Positions 1-13,049 of a stretch of DNA of 64,000 nucleotides are shown here, one piece after another (within the stretch, counting starts at the first letter, position 1; each line of letters opens with the position of its first letter). The notes beneath the pieces are model-generated. The model did not search any database. It was not told where the DNA came from and saw only the letters and a list, made by a program, of their open reading frames with translations. Location of the stretch: NCBI GenBank assembly GCA_964016885.1, contig OZ024740.1, positions 373,550,001 to 373,614,000 of the forward strand, read 5' to 3'. The translations under genes and the position numbers were made by a program. The stretch is from Eledone cirrhosa. Its lineage: Eukaryota.

Positions 1-830
1 GGGAGACCCTGGGCGTCAAAGGCGATCAGCTGTTCGCTCTCCTCAAGAGAACTTTGAGACCGGGGTATATGGACAACTTCCAGAAATCCCTGACTTGGCA
101 GTGCTACCGGGGAGCGTTGCCGGTTCAGGATAAGCTCTACAGGCACGGAGGTGCTGTCACCGAGCCTGTCCGAGGTGCGCGCAGGGCGACGAAACCGCCC
201 TGCACGAACTCGTTCAGTGTACGAGGATTGCTGACTTGTGGAGCTATGTCGAACAGCGGCTGTCGCGTGTAGGACGGATCCGGTTATCAACTGAGCCAAT
301 GTGCTGATAGCCCCGCCATCCTCCTTTAAAGAGGAGGATGAGCAGGTAGTTTTCATCTGCCTGGTGGCCATGGCGAAAGAGATTGTGTGGTGGACAAAGT
401 TGAAAGGGTTGACGATGGACATTTTCCTCTTCGGCCAATCCCTGATTAACTTTTTCAAGTTTCACTTGAAGAGGAACATCAGGGTGGAGAGTGAAGTTTG
501 TTGAAAGGTGGGTGACAGTGTCGAGTCTGGTCCGAGTGAGCGGGCACGCTCTCAGTATGCGCCTGTAGATTGAGGAGTGGGAAAACTGAGAGAGGGCGCT
601 TGCCTTGGTGGTCAGGGTGGCCGTGGCGTTTTAGTGGGGTTTTCGCTATGAGTGACCCTAGGATGTTTCCGCCTATTTGGGGACTTTTTGTTGTTTGAAT
701 GTTTTGATTTCTAGCCTAATTTTGTTATAACCTGTTTTCACGACCAAAACCCACTTTGTATCGACCTGTACTGTTCTGTGCCATCTCTAATGTTTTTCTT
801 CGTGTTAACCCTTGTGGCCAATAAAGAAAC

Positions 831-868
<38 letters not shown>
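1..868 (+). mobile_element. 3' fragment of Tx1/L1-clade LINE (end of ORF2 zf-RVT region, 3' UTR, (ATT)n tail)
   Basis: Frameshifted peptides MDNFQKSLTWQCYRGAL / FLFGQSLINFFKFHL closely match the ORF2 C-terminus at 21535-22100; ends CTTGTGGCCAATAAAGAAACC(ATT)n. Confidence 0.9.
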
Positions 869-870
<2 letters not shown>

Positions 871-1062
871 GGAGTCACAGTCAGTGATATTATCCAACTG
901 GAAAGTTTGTTCAAATAAACATCAAGCCGCTATCTGCAAACGCAGATATTCAGGACGTAACGAAGGGTGCTTGGTGTTTCCAGCAAGCATACCTTTTGAA
1001 GTGTTCCATCCTTGAAAACTCTTTGAGATAGTACCTAGTGTTATTATTATTATTTGTCAGTA

Positions 1063-1098
1063 TCTCGGCCCTTGTGGCCAATAAATGAAATCATTATT
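1063..1098 (+). mobile_element. Ultra-short 3' terminal stub of the same Tx1 LINE
   Basis: GGCCCTTGTGGCCAATAAATGAAATCATTATT is identical to the reverse complement of 21270-21301. Confidence 0.7.
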
Positions 1099-1310
1099 TG
1101 GCAGTATCGGTAGAGACTTAGACAGCATGCTTTGTAGCATAAAGTTAAGATCCTTTATGTTCTGAGTTCAAATCCCGCCGAGGTTAACTTTGCCTTTCAC
1201 CCTTGCGGGGTCGATAAAATAAAGTACCAGTAATGTAATGAGGTTGATTTGATTGACTTTCCACTCCCTCAAAATTGCTTGCCTTGTGCCTATATAAGGA
1301 ACCATTATTG
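1099..1310 (+). mobile_element. tRNA-derived SINE (family A)
   Basis: A-box-like TGGCAGTATCGG, B-box GAGTTCAAATCCC, central GCCTTTCAcCCTTgCGGGGTCGATAAAATAAAGTACCAGT, tail GCCTTGTGCC..ATTATT; more than 10 copies in the window. Confidence 0.85.
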
Positions 1311-2035
1311 TTATTTTGTGTGGTGGTGGTGGGTGGGGTTGAATTATCGATGAAAAATCTATTTCAAAGGGGTACCTAAATTAAAGCACACCAACACGCA
1401 TTTACTATCTATCTACCTACCTGATTTTTTCCCTAGATCTCACACACACTCACATGCTATATATACATTATATATATATATATATACGTATGTTCGCATA
1501 CTCACATAGTACGACTTCTTTCTACTAAGTAATTCTTCATAGAAACGTAAATTATTTAATTATAAAGTGGATTATAGCTGTCTAAATCGCTTATAAACAA
1601 TACCTAGAAACGTATATCTTCAAAAACTATTTTACAGATTTATCTACCGCACCAATTCATATCGTAAGCGCTGTGTCAGAAATATATCGTCAATAGATTT
1701 TTTTTATTATTTTGTTATATTCATTCTACAAATACGATCTTACATATTGAATAAAAAAAAACTACTATCGTGCCAGTTTCCTTTGGGGGAAATTATTATA
1801 CAAACAGACATTTACTATCGGTGAATATTTTTATCCAATTTTGTTATTTGTCTACTCCGTTAATTCTCTGCACCAGTGGATGTATATAGCTAAAGCAAAT
1901 ATTCTCTGGTGTGTATTATATGGATACAGCTTATAAGAAACTTAGTGCTAAATGAAATGGTTTCTTTTATTTGTTTGCTCTTTCGTATGCTAACTATTTT
2001 GTTTGTAAAATAACTGAGTAACCTGAAACGATATA

Positions 2036-2247
2036 TACACACACGCACACATGCAGACAGGCACACACATTAACACACACACACACACACACACACATAC
2101 AGACACACACACAACATACACACACATAAACATACACAAACACGTACATACACAAACACGTACATACACAGACACGTACACACACATACACAAACACGTA
2201 CACACACATACACACACACACACACAAACACACACACACTAACACAT

Positions 2248-2306
<59 letters not shown>

Positions 2307-2340
2307 TATAGAGAGAGAGAGAGAGAGAATGAGAGAGGGC
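2036..2340. repeat. Compound (CA)n/(TA)n/(GA)n microsatellite
   Basis: Direct inspection. Confidence 0.95.
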
Positions 2341-3180
2341 GAGATAATATATGTATGCATCAGAACTGTTAATGGGAATGCAAGTAATGGTAATCAAACA
2401 ATATTTCTTTCAATCTACGTGAAAAGCGAACTTGTTGCACGTTATATAGCATTCATATGAAATAACGAAACAAAATGTCTATTGCGGTAACAATGATTGC
2501 TTCGGGTTTTACTTTAAAAGGTAAACCTGTTACGTAGATTCAGCTATGCAATACTTTACAAAATTCCCGATTATGACGATCTAACGGGAATCAAGGTCAA
2601 GACACTTGTCATTGAAAAGTAGAGGAGTTAGAACAAAGTGGAACTATTCTATGAAAATGTATTCTAGTATGAAACATTCAGAATCAATTAAATGAATTCC
2701 TTCTTTAGCGTTATAATCACACACTCGTACATTCAGGACACCGATGCCTGCACAAACACACACACACACACACAGACACACACACACACACACTCGTACA
2801 CACGCACATATATATAGTTATGGTTTGGGAGGGCTATTTTGTCAATAAAAACACATGCATCTTTTTGTATACACTTCCATTTGATTTGTTTCAATAACCG
2901 GATGCTCGTCCAAGCTCTTTCCTCACACATTCTGTGAGCTCCTCAATTACTGCTTTGTAATTACGTATGTGAAATTGTCCCTAGCATAGAAGAAAGGAAC
3001 AATGTAAACTGGTAAAAACACCAATATGGGAAAACCTCATCTGTACAGCATCAACATGCTAAAATGAAACATGAGGGAATACTAGAGAACATAGGCATAA
3101 ACATTATATCCACACACAGAAAAGACGCAATGATGTGAGCAATTACGCAATTGATAAACACAAACAAACTCCAACCAAAA

Positions 3181-4963
3181 TCTGTATATATATAGAATTA
3201 GCTACTTGCGTGTGTGTGTGCCTGCGTATTACCTATAGGGGCCTACATCTTACGACCGATTTTCATGAAACTTTACAGGCTCATAGATTAGTCATCGGTG
3301 AGTGTTTTCTATATACCAGCGTATGGTTTTTTTTATTGCGGGTTTCATTAAATATTCAAAGATAAGTCAACCAAATACACAAAATCTTAGTTAAAACAAA
3401 TTAAAGGGAAGTAAATCTTGATACCTAAGAAGCATGACAGAAGGAATTATTTCCCGCTGATAGTTACTCTAATCGGTTAATCGGTTAAAACAATTGCCAC
3501 ACAATGACAAATGACTTCTTGGTCGCTCTACCAGCTAAAAATACATTGAACAACATATTTAAGTAAAATCATGTTAAGAAACATCAACACCATTCTATCA
3601 TGAGACACTACTAATGAAAAAGAACGAATGTGGGAGAAATCGTCAATCGATATAAACTTTCACGGTTAACTCAGCAGACGACATCACTTAATATCTACAC
3701 TCCTACATCGATCTCTATGTTAATTCTCTCTCTCTCTCTATATTATATGTATATAATCTTTCTCTCTATTTTATATATATCTGTATATATATAAAACTAT
3801 ATACGATTTAACTCAACATTCGCCATTTACTACACCTTACGACCGATTTTCAAGAAACTCGCCGCCACATGAATTTCCAACCAGGTTTTATTCCTACTTG
3901 GACTCCGTTCATCTCAGTTCACACTATTGACCTCTACTACAACCGGGTGTCAACGATAATTCTTTAACTTTTTAAGTCTGCGATAAATGGTTACGTTGTA
4001 CACTCCGGCTATACTGTTATCTGCATTAATCTATTTCATGGGTGCTATTCCAGACGTGCTTAAACTACACTTTAGATAATGCCTTCGAAGAAGAGTAACA
4101 CAATTGGGCGGAAAACGGCGCGAGAAAGAAGTATGACAAATAGACGAGCAAGTGTGCCACTACAAAATGCCCAAATAAGGCGAACTAGAAACGCAAAGTG
4201 TACGCCGCTGCACGAGCTGCTGAAACGGAGAATCGGCGCCCCACAGACAGACAAGAGACGCTGTGTCGATGGCCAGTGCACGAACTTCTGAAAAGGAGGA
4301 TCAGCGCGTTCCCAGACAGAGAAGAAACGCAATGTCAACGGCCAGTGCACGAGTTTCTGAAAATGAGGGTTAGCGCGTTCGCAGACAAAGAAGAAACGCA
4401 ATATCTACGGCCACTGCACGGGCTACGGAGACATCACCGGAAAGGCGTGATCGGTTGCAGAGTAATCTTCAAAGAAGCCTTTCCAGAAATGGTCTTTCAA
4501 GGCCTTCCTATGCGCGATGTCTACTTAAGGCGTTTGAATATAGCCCAACCTTCAATTATGCCACCCATGCTGATGTGATCATTGGCGATATGTCCACCAT
4601 TTGCAGCTACTGCAATGCCATGAAGTGGCCAGGTGAACCATCTGGGTTGTGCTGCGCGAATGGAAAGGTCAGCTTACCTTTCCTCCTTGATCCAGCTGAG
4701 CCATTGAAGACGTATCTGGCAGGTGAAACAGCGGAGTCTAAGCACTTCCTTGAAAATATCCGGAAATACAAATGCGCCTTTCAGATGACATCGTTTGGAG
4801 CAAACATTGTTAAGGAAGACGGTTTCATGCCTACATTTAACGATCAGGGGCAACTGTGTGTGGCCATAGATGAGTCATCGAGAAGAAGTCGCTAAGATCA
4901 ACACCTTTTCATTAAAGTACGTATTATTTTACCTATACAGGCAACGCTGGGTACTGCTGCCAG
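3181..4963 (+). mobile_element. Internally deleted Helitron
   Basis: 5' A|TCTGTATATATATAG; 3' GGCAACGCTGGGTACTGCTGCCAG|T (degenerate hairpin + CTAG); RepHel N-terminal peptide CSYCNAMKWPGEPSGLCCANGKV...FLENIRKYKCAFQMTSFGA. Confidence 0.85.
4079..4895 (+). pseudogene. Helitron RepHel remnant (69-bp repeats, Zn-finger-like region, fused to helicase motif VI)
   Basis: ORFs 4079-4291, 4198-4578 and 4455-4895 are frameshifted pieces; the last reads ...MPTFNDQGQLCVA near its end. Confidence 0.8.
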
Positions 4964-5436
4964 TTAAACATAAAACATTAGTGGAATAGCAACAATATCA
5001 CAAATTGTAATTAAGCACAAGATGAAGACATATAGGCACACAAGAACCAAACTAATAAAACAAACTAGGCACACAGAGATAGAACAAGCAACCAGCTAAT
5101 GGCAATTAAATAAATCTATAAATAAATAATAAAACACACACAGCTCACAACACAAAAACACATGATGGTGCGCGGCAGAACAATGGGGAGACACAACATA
5201 ATAAATCAGTAACCGAGATGATAGAATGTCTGACAAAAGAGCTGCTTGTCCGGGATTGCTAACTGTAGTAAAATTGTGCAAAAAATTTCATCTATGGAAA
5301 TGGTAGTGAGTTGGCAAAATCGAAAAATATTTTATATATATGATGTATCTATATTGACCTTTCTCCCAATCTATGTGTCGAGCAATTAATATGTCTGTCT
5401 ATCTATATATCTATATTATTTCTCTCTCCCACTCTC

Positions 5437-5500
<64 letters not shown>

Positions 5501-5504
<4 letters not shown>

Positions 5505-5694
5505 AATGAGTAGGACCCCGACGGCTGAGCTCAAGCCGTTTTGACGGCTAATTCTGGACGTCCAGAATTAGCCGTCGAGAGGCCTTGAGCTCAGCCGTCG
5601 GGGCCCTACTCGTTCCTATTACCCACTCTACTACCCTAAGTATTGAGTGCTCTGGTGCGTTATCGTCCATCTGGTTCCTTACCACATTTACTTC

Positions 5695-5698
<4 letters not shown>
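5501..5698 (+). mobile_element. Small palindromic element in (TA)n (118-bp palindrome + ~80-bp tail)
   Basis: Near-perfect palindrome 5501-5618 centred on GGACGTCC; second copy in opposite orientation at 20197-20386. Confidence 0.75.
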
Positions 5699-5737
<39 letters not shown>

Positions 5738-6222
5738 TTTCTGAATTATTGGCAACATGACCCTCCGTTATACGATCTAGCCCTAACTAGGATCTCCCAA
5801 TGTAACTTATATTGGGTGTGGTTGTCTTTTAGACTCTAGATATATAAGCTGAAAGTGACGTCATATTCCTTCTTAGAGGTTAACGAAATAAAAGACCATG
5901 TGAGCTCTGCGACGCTGAGGCCCTGGGAATACTCAACGCCACAGACCACATCTTAAACAAAAGATATGAGGCAATTTCGGCTTGTAAGCATACATTGTAC
6001 AACACTTTCCTGTATTACAGCCCCACATTATACCCTAACGGATAGTACGATCTATACGTGGATATTTTACGTCTTGATGTGGTAGCTAAGTATATGCTGT
6101 GTTATACCATTAGTTATTTGCATAGGGAACGTTTCCACGAACCAAAGTATCGTCTTCCTGTCTTCCTCCGGTTGTAACGTTTTTTGAAATATCCACTTCT
6201 GCGTTTACAGATTTACTTTGTT

Positions 6223-6273
6223 AGTTTCAGAAGATCCCGTTAAGGGTGAAAGCAGCGATTCTTTGCTTAAACT
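6223..6273 (+). ncRNA. Type I hammerhead ribozyme-like motif, variant core CAGAAGA
   Basis: AGTTT-CAGAAGA-TCCCGTTAAGGGT-GAAA-GCA..TGC-TT-AAACT; stems I, II and III can all form. Confidence 0.6.
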
Positions 6274-6427
6274 TTAATCTGTTATTTTAATAAATATTTG
6301 CTCTACGGTTCTTATATATTTGATATATATTTATCCTTATCGAGCCATCTTTGGATTTTAGTCTTCAAATTTATTATTAATAATATTTGGCTCCCTCGGT
6401 TGAGCACCCTATTAACGTATATTCATC

Positions 6428-8540
6428 ATGCAGATACAACATCTGATATATTTCTACAAAGAACATACCCGTACCAAGCAGGAAAACATACCTAAAACTC
6501 CTCATACATAAAACAGACGCGTTTATTAAAAGGTTGCGTTGGCGTGCCTTTTATTTCGATAATCCGCAAAAAGCAGACAACAAACAGGATAAATTTGGGT
6601 TTAAAACCTATAATAACCCTCCGTGTAACCCAGCATTGCTACCCTTCGAAAATGATGTCTTGGTACTCATACGGAGTATCAAATTTCGGAATAGGAGGAA
6701 TTCCTTCCAGCGGGACATGAAGAATAGAATTCGTTCTATTAAGGATTCTAATGCCGTGCACGTCCATTCCGACAAAACTGGCAACCTATATCAAGTGGAG
6801 CGCAGTACTTACCATCAACTACTACATAATGCTGCAACTAAGGATTACCGTAAAACTAAACGGCACGTCATCAATGAAATCAACTATACTGGGTTTAAAA
6901 TCACCTCTGATCTCAACTTCCTTGACAGGACCGAACCCCTGGACCCTATTTCTCCCCACTTTACCCTGAAGGATCACAAATCCAATTTCCGAACAACCCC
7001 TCTATTTGGCTTATTAACCCTACGAAGTCCGATTTGGGTAGACTTAGTAAAAGGATTCTTGTTAGAATTATACCTCAAATTAGAAGTTTGGCCCCTCTTG
7101 CACTCTGGAACAATTCTTTCGCGGTGATTGATTGGTTCAACGGCATATGAAACAAGGAACATTGCCGTTTTATCCAATTCAACATCAACAATTACTACTC
7201 ATCCATCACTTTACCACTTCTCCTTAGAGCTGTCAATTTCGCTAAAACACTCACGGTGGTTAAGGATTTCGAAGTTGATGTCATCCTCAATGCCCGTATG
7301 TCGGTGATTAATTTCGACGACTCTATTAGGATTAAACGATCCAATAGTACCCCATTCGACGTGAGAATGGACGACAGCGATTCTGCGGAGGTTACTGATC
7401 TTATTGGCCTTTTCCTCCTTTTCTCTATTAAGGACGAATTCCCCAACGCGGGCTGTGGTCTGTACCGTGATTATGGTCTTTTGACCATGACTAAGTGCGG
7501 ACCTTGTGCTTGCGACAGGTTCAGAAAAGAACTCACAGCCTTCTTTAAAGGCTTCAACCTCTCTGTACAGGTTGAGGCCAATCTCTCCGTCGTTAATTAT
7601 CTCGACGAAACCCTCAATTTATCGAATGGGTTGTATTACCCGTATAGAAAGCCGAATGCTACGCTTAATTACATAAGTAAGCATTCCAACCATCCTGCCA
7701 GCATAACCAAGGACCTGGTAAGAAACGTTTCGTTGAGGCTTTTCCGTGTATGTACTAACGAGCATATTTTCAACGACCTTACAATGAAGCTCTTGCTCGG
7801 AGTGGATTTGTCGATAAGGTAGCATATACAGAGTACGAAAATACATCTAGAAGAAATAGATCCCGTCGCATTTGTTGGTATAACCCACAATATAATATGG
7901 AGGTGGCCACACCATTAGCTAAGATCTTTCTTTCCCTTATTACGAAGCATTTTCCCCCTACACATAAATATAGTAACATTTTTAATACAAATTCTATTAA
8001 AATGTCTTACTCTATGACTCCTAACCTTGCACATAACATCACAGCTTCAAATTTAGCTAAACTACTTAGCTGTAGGAACACGTGCAACCCTGTAGTTTGT
8101 ACTAACTGTAATTGTAGGAATCGGGTTGATTGCCCCCTATCCGGGAAATGCCTCTCTAGTAACATTGTCTACAAATGTAAGGTTGAAGCACCCACGTCCC
8201 GTAGGGTCTACATAGGGTTAACCGCCAATAGATTCAAGCAGCGTCTTTACATGCATACCCATTCTTTTCGTTACCCTCTAAGAAAGAATATGACGTCACT
8301 TTCAGCTTATATATGGAGTCTAAAAGACAACCATACCCAATATAAGTTGCACTGGGAGATCGAAGCTAGGGCTAGACCGTATATCGGAAATAAAAAACCA
8401 TGTGACCACTGCGCCGCTGAGGCCCTGGAAATACTCTACGCCACAGACCACATCTTAAACAAAAAAATCTGAGGCAATTTCGGCTTGTAAACATAAATTG
8501 CAGAAAACTTTCCTGTATTGCAGCCCCACGTTATACCCTA
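6428..8540 (+). pseudogene. PLE RT + GIY-YIG endonuclease ORF, several frameshifts
   Basis: ORFs 6534-7127, 7256-7822 and 7897-8472 are collinear with the intact relative at 57693-60091. Confidence 0.9.
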
Positions 8541-9005
8541 ATGGATAGTACGACCAATACGTGGATATTTTACGACTTAAGTATATGTTATGTTTATACC
8601 ATTACTTATTTGCATAGGTAAGTATATATTACCTGTATGTTTTGTGAAGGTACGTATATTTTCTCGTACGTATATTTGAATGTATATATTATGGCGTATA
8701 ATTTTTTATATATACTGGTACATATGGTTTGGTTATGTGTATAAGGGAGTTTTGCGTCTGTGTGAGTATGCAGGTTCGTACGTATGTAGGGTGTTTGAAT
8801 ATGTGTACTTCATGTTTTGGCTGACTTACGTCTCCCAACATTTGTGTATTTACATGTAGGTATGTGTGTGTGCTTGTTATATACGTATTTATTTATTGAA
8901 AAAAATGAAAACGAAATTTCATTTCTCACTCTAAGTATGGCACTTACTTAAATGTAAGTATGTATGTATACGTACATACATATATGTATACAGACGTACA
9001 GTAGC

Positions 9006-9077
<72 letters not shown>

Positions 9078-9261
9078 TTACATATACATACACACATGCA
9101 TACAGGTACACATACATATATGCACGCATCAGTTTAGCCGGCGTTTATTATAACGCCGGCCGCTTTGTTCGTTTGTTTGTCAACAAAGCGAACAGCCTGA
9201 ATTTATGCCATACTGTGTTAAGGCAACCACGTCACCTTTTTGTTCAACACTGACACAGGAA

Positions 9262-9302
9262 CGATGTACTAGTTTCAAGCTTGTTAGCTATCATCAGCAC
9301 CG
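9262..9302 (-). ncRNA. Minimal type I hammerhead ribozyme
   Basis: Reverse complement CGGTG-CTGATGA-TAGCTAACAAGCTT-GAAA-CTAGTA-CATCG; canonical core, GUA cleavage triplet. Confidence 0.9.
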
Positions 9303-9540
9303 TTTACCCATCTGCCAGATAGTTGAACGTTCGAAAGTATATACTTTCCTTATGAAAATTAACGGCTGAGCAGCCTAATTTGCATATTGAGTGAGTTAAA
9401 TCGGTCAGGCATACCGAAAACGATAAGTTGAAAAAAATGAAAACGAAATTTAATTTCTCACTCTTAGTATGGCACTTACTTAAATGTAAGTATGTATGTA
9501 TACGTACATACATATATGTATACAGACGTACAGTAGCATG

Positions 9541-9636
<96 letters not shown>

Positions 9637-9990
9637 CACATACATACACACATGCATACAGGTACACATACATATATGCACGCATCAGTTTAGCCGGCGT
9701 TTATTATAACGCCGGCCGCTTTGTTCGTTTGTTTGTCAACAAAGCGAACAGCCTGAATTTATGCCATACGGTGTTAAGGCAACCACGTCACCTTTTTGTT
9801 CAACACTGACACAGGAACGAAACTAGTACAAAAAGGTGACGTGGTTGCCTTAACACCGTATGGCATAAATTCAGGCTGTTCGCTTTGTTGACAAACAAAC
9901 GAACAAAGCGGCCGGCGTTATAATAAACGCCGGCTAAACTGATGCGTGCATATATGTATGTGTACCTGTATGCATGTGTGTATGTATGTG

Positions 9991-10060
<70 letters not shown>

Positions 10061-10298
10061 CATGCTACTGTACGTCTGTATACATATATGTATGTACGTA
10101 TACATACATACTTACATTTAAGTAAGTGCCATACTAAGAGTGAGAAATTAAATTTCGTTTTCATTTTTTTCAACTTATCGTTTTCGGTATGCCTGACCGA
10201 TTTAACTCACTCAATATGCAAATTAGGCTGCTCAGCCGTTAATTTTCATAAGGAAAGTATATACTTTCGAACGTTCAACTATCTGGCAGATGGGTAAA

Positions 10299-10339
10299 CG
10301 GTGCTGATGATAGCTAACAAGCTTGAAACTAGTACATCG
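10299..10339 (+). ncRNA. Minimal type I hammerhead ribozyme
   Basis: CGGTG-CTGATGA-TAGCTAACAAGCTT-GAAA-CTAGTA-CATCG; palindromic stem III ACTAGT. Confidence 0.9.
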
Positions 10340-10520
10340 TTCCTGTGTCAGTGTTGAACAAAAAGGTGACGTGGTTGCCTTAACACCGTATGGCATAAAT
10401 TCAGGCTGTTCGCTTTGTTGACAAACAAACGAACAAAGCGGCCGGCGTTATAATAAATGCCGGCTAAACTGATGCGTGCATATATGTATGTGTACCTGTA
10501 TGCATGTGTGTATGTATATG

Positions 10521-10641
<121 letters not shown>

Positions 10642-11277
10642 GCTACTGTACGTCTGTATACATATATGTATGTACGTATACATACATACTTATATTTATT
10701 TATTAATGTACGTTTATTTAATTATTTATTTATTTGTATACAGGCATACGCACACACACATATTTATATGTGAGTGGTTTTGTATACCTATGGCAAGTGT
10801 TTTCGCGTATGCTTGTGTATGTACGTATTTGCATGCGGGTATGTAGTTATTTAATTTCTATTTCCTCTGTATTGTATTTTATTTAATGTATTCTTAACTC
10901 TGAGGCGGAGATTCATTCGGTTTCCTAGTTAGAATTTTAGTCTACGACGTCAGCTAAACCATTTACGTGGATTTGTCTTTGCGTGCAATTATGCTCACAT
11001 ATGACGTATTATCTTCGTTTTTCCGTTCAATGCCAGAGAACGTCTCTATGAACGACCTAAGAGAACATTAGTCTAGAACCTCTTTTATACCATAAATGTG
11101 GTTCTGTCTTTTCGCGTAATTGTTTTTCACCGCTCCTATTAATGACATATTATATTCGTTCTTTTCCCGTTCTTTTCCAGGGAACGTTTCCACGAACCAA
11201 AGTATCGTCTTCCTGTCTTCCTCCGGTTGCAACGTTTTTTGAAATATCCACTTCTGCGTTTACAGATTGACTTTGTT

Positions 11278-11328
11278 AGTTTCGGAGGATTCCGTTAAGG
11301 GTGAAAGCAGCGATTCTTTGCTTAAACT
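11278..11328 (+). ncRNA. Degenerate HHR in the PLE1 3' pLTR
   Basis: Same as 6223-6273 but the core reads CGGAGGA. Confidence 0.45.
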
Positions 11329-11344
11329 TTAATCTATTATTTTA

Positions 11345-11441
<97 letters not shown>

Positions 11442-12025
11442 TATATACGTGTGTGTGTATGTGTGTGCATGTGTGTGTGTGAGTGTGTGAAAATATGTAT
11501 AATAACTTAAATGCAAAATGTTATATGATATATTTGAGTGCGTGTGTGTGTTTGTTTGTCATACACAGATATTCAGATACAAACAGATATGCCTGTATAT
11601 AGCCAGTTGGCTATAGGTGACCTTTCAATTGACTCTTATCATATTTAACCCAATGATAGGATAGTCATCAACACTTATTGCTATAATCATTAGGAACAGA
11701 CCGCCTCCTCAATTATGTGTTTGTCAACGTTGACAAAGAGCTCTGTTCTTAATAACAACATCAGAATATAAACAAATGAATTCTTCAATATCAAACATAC
11801 GAAGCCCATTTAACCATTAAACTATGTATGAATTAAAGTATAATTCAGTCTGATTACATGCCATTATACATTTCCAATTCTTCTGATATCTATTTCATTT
11901 AAAGCTTCTACGATTGTGTTATATGCGCCAATAAATCTATATACCGTCTTGCATACTTTTTTGTATATCACCAGAGTGTTACTCTCCTTCATATATTTAT
12001 ATTATACGAACGCTGTGAATATGTG

Positions 12026-12064
<39 letters not shown>

Positions 12065-12612
12065 GTGTGTATGTGTGTACGTGTGTGTGTGTGTGTCTGT
12101 TTGTAGGTGTGTGTGTGTGCGTTTGTGGGTGTGTACATGTGTAATTATACATATATATATGTACGTCTGTGTGTGCATGTGTAAGTATACATATATATAT
12201 ATATATATATACGTCTGTGTGTATGTGTGTCTATGTATGTGTGTCTGAGTGCGCGTTCGCTTTATCTTTCTAATACCATTTATTTTCCATAAAATTTACT
12301 TTTTATATAAAATTCTTTTGCTCAATTATATTATTGGTAAAAGCTCACATGACGTTACCTGCAATTTACGTATATCCGCAATACAATTGTTTAATGATTA
12401 TGCGATTACTTTCATCTATTGTCTAGATATATGGAGGTTCGTGCTTAACAGTAAGGTTTCTTTACTGTAGCTTATAGAGATTGTGGTTATATGCTGTGAA
12501 AAGTCGTGTTGTTTGGGTTTTTAATTTTGTTGTTTTTGGTATTGTATACAATTCGTTTTCGTGAGTTTATATTCATGAAAGATACATTTGTGAAAATAGA
12601 AGTAGAATGGAT

Positions 12613-12614
12613 TA

Positions 12615-12685
<71 letters not shown>

Positions 12686-12714
12686 ATAATAATTATTATT
12701 ATTATTATTTTAAT

Positions 12715-12753
<39 letters not shown>

Positions 12754-12757
12754 TTTT
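12613..12757. repeat. (ATT)n then (ATTT)n microsatellite
   Basis: Direct inspection. Confidence 0.95.
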
Positions 12758-12839
12758 GTTTATTTGATGTATGATTTCTACTTAAATACATTGTTGCACA
12801 TTACGTTAAATAATATTACTTATTTATAATTAATAATAA

Positions 12840-13045
12840 TAATAATGGCTTCTGGTTTCGTCAGAATGTCGAATTATTTTTATTTTGGTGATGAGTCTAT
12901 TAAAGTGATCTTAGTGCGTTACTGGTGCTTTATTTTATCGAACCCGTAAGGATGAAAGGCAAAACTAACTTTCGCCGGATATTATATCAGAACGCAAAGG
13001 ACACTGAAGCATGTTTTTCCGACCCTCCACCGATACTGCCAATCA
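12840..13045 (-). mobile_element. SINE family A, diverged
   Basis: ACTGGTGCTTTATTTTATCGAACCCGTAAGGATGAAAGGCAAA...CCGATACTGCCAA. Confidence 0.8.
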
Positions 13046-13049
13046 AGCT

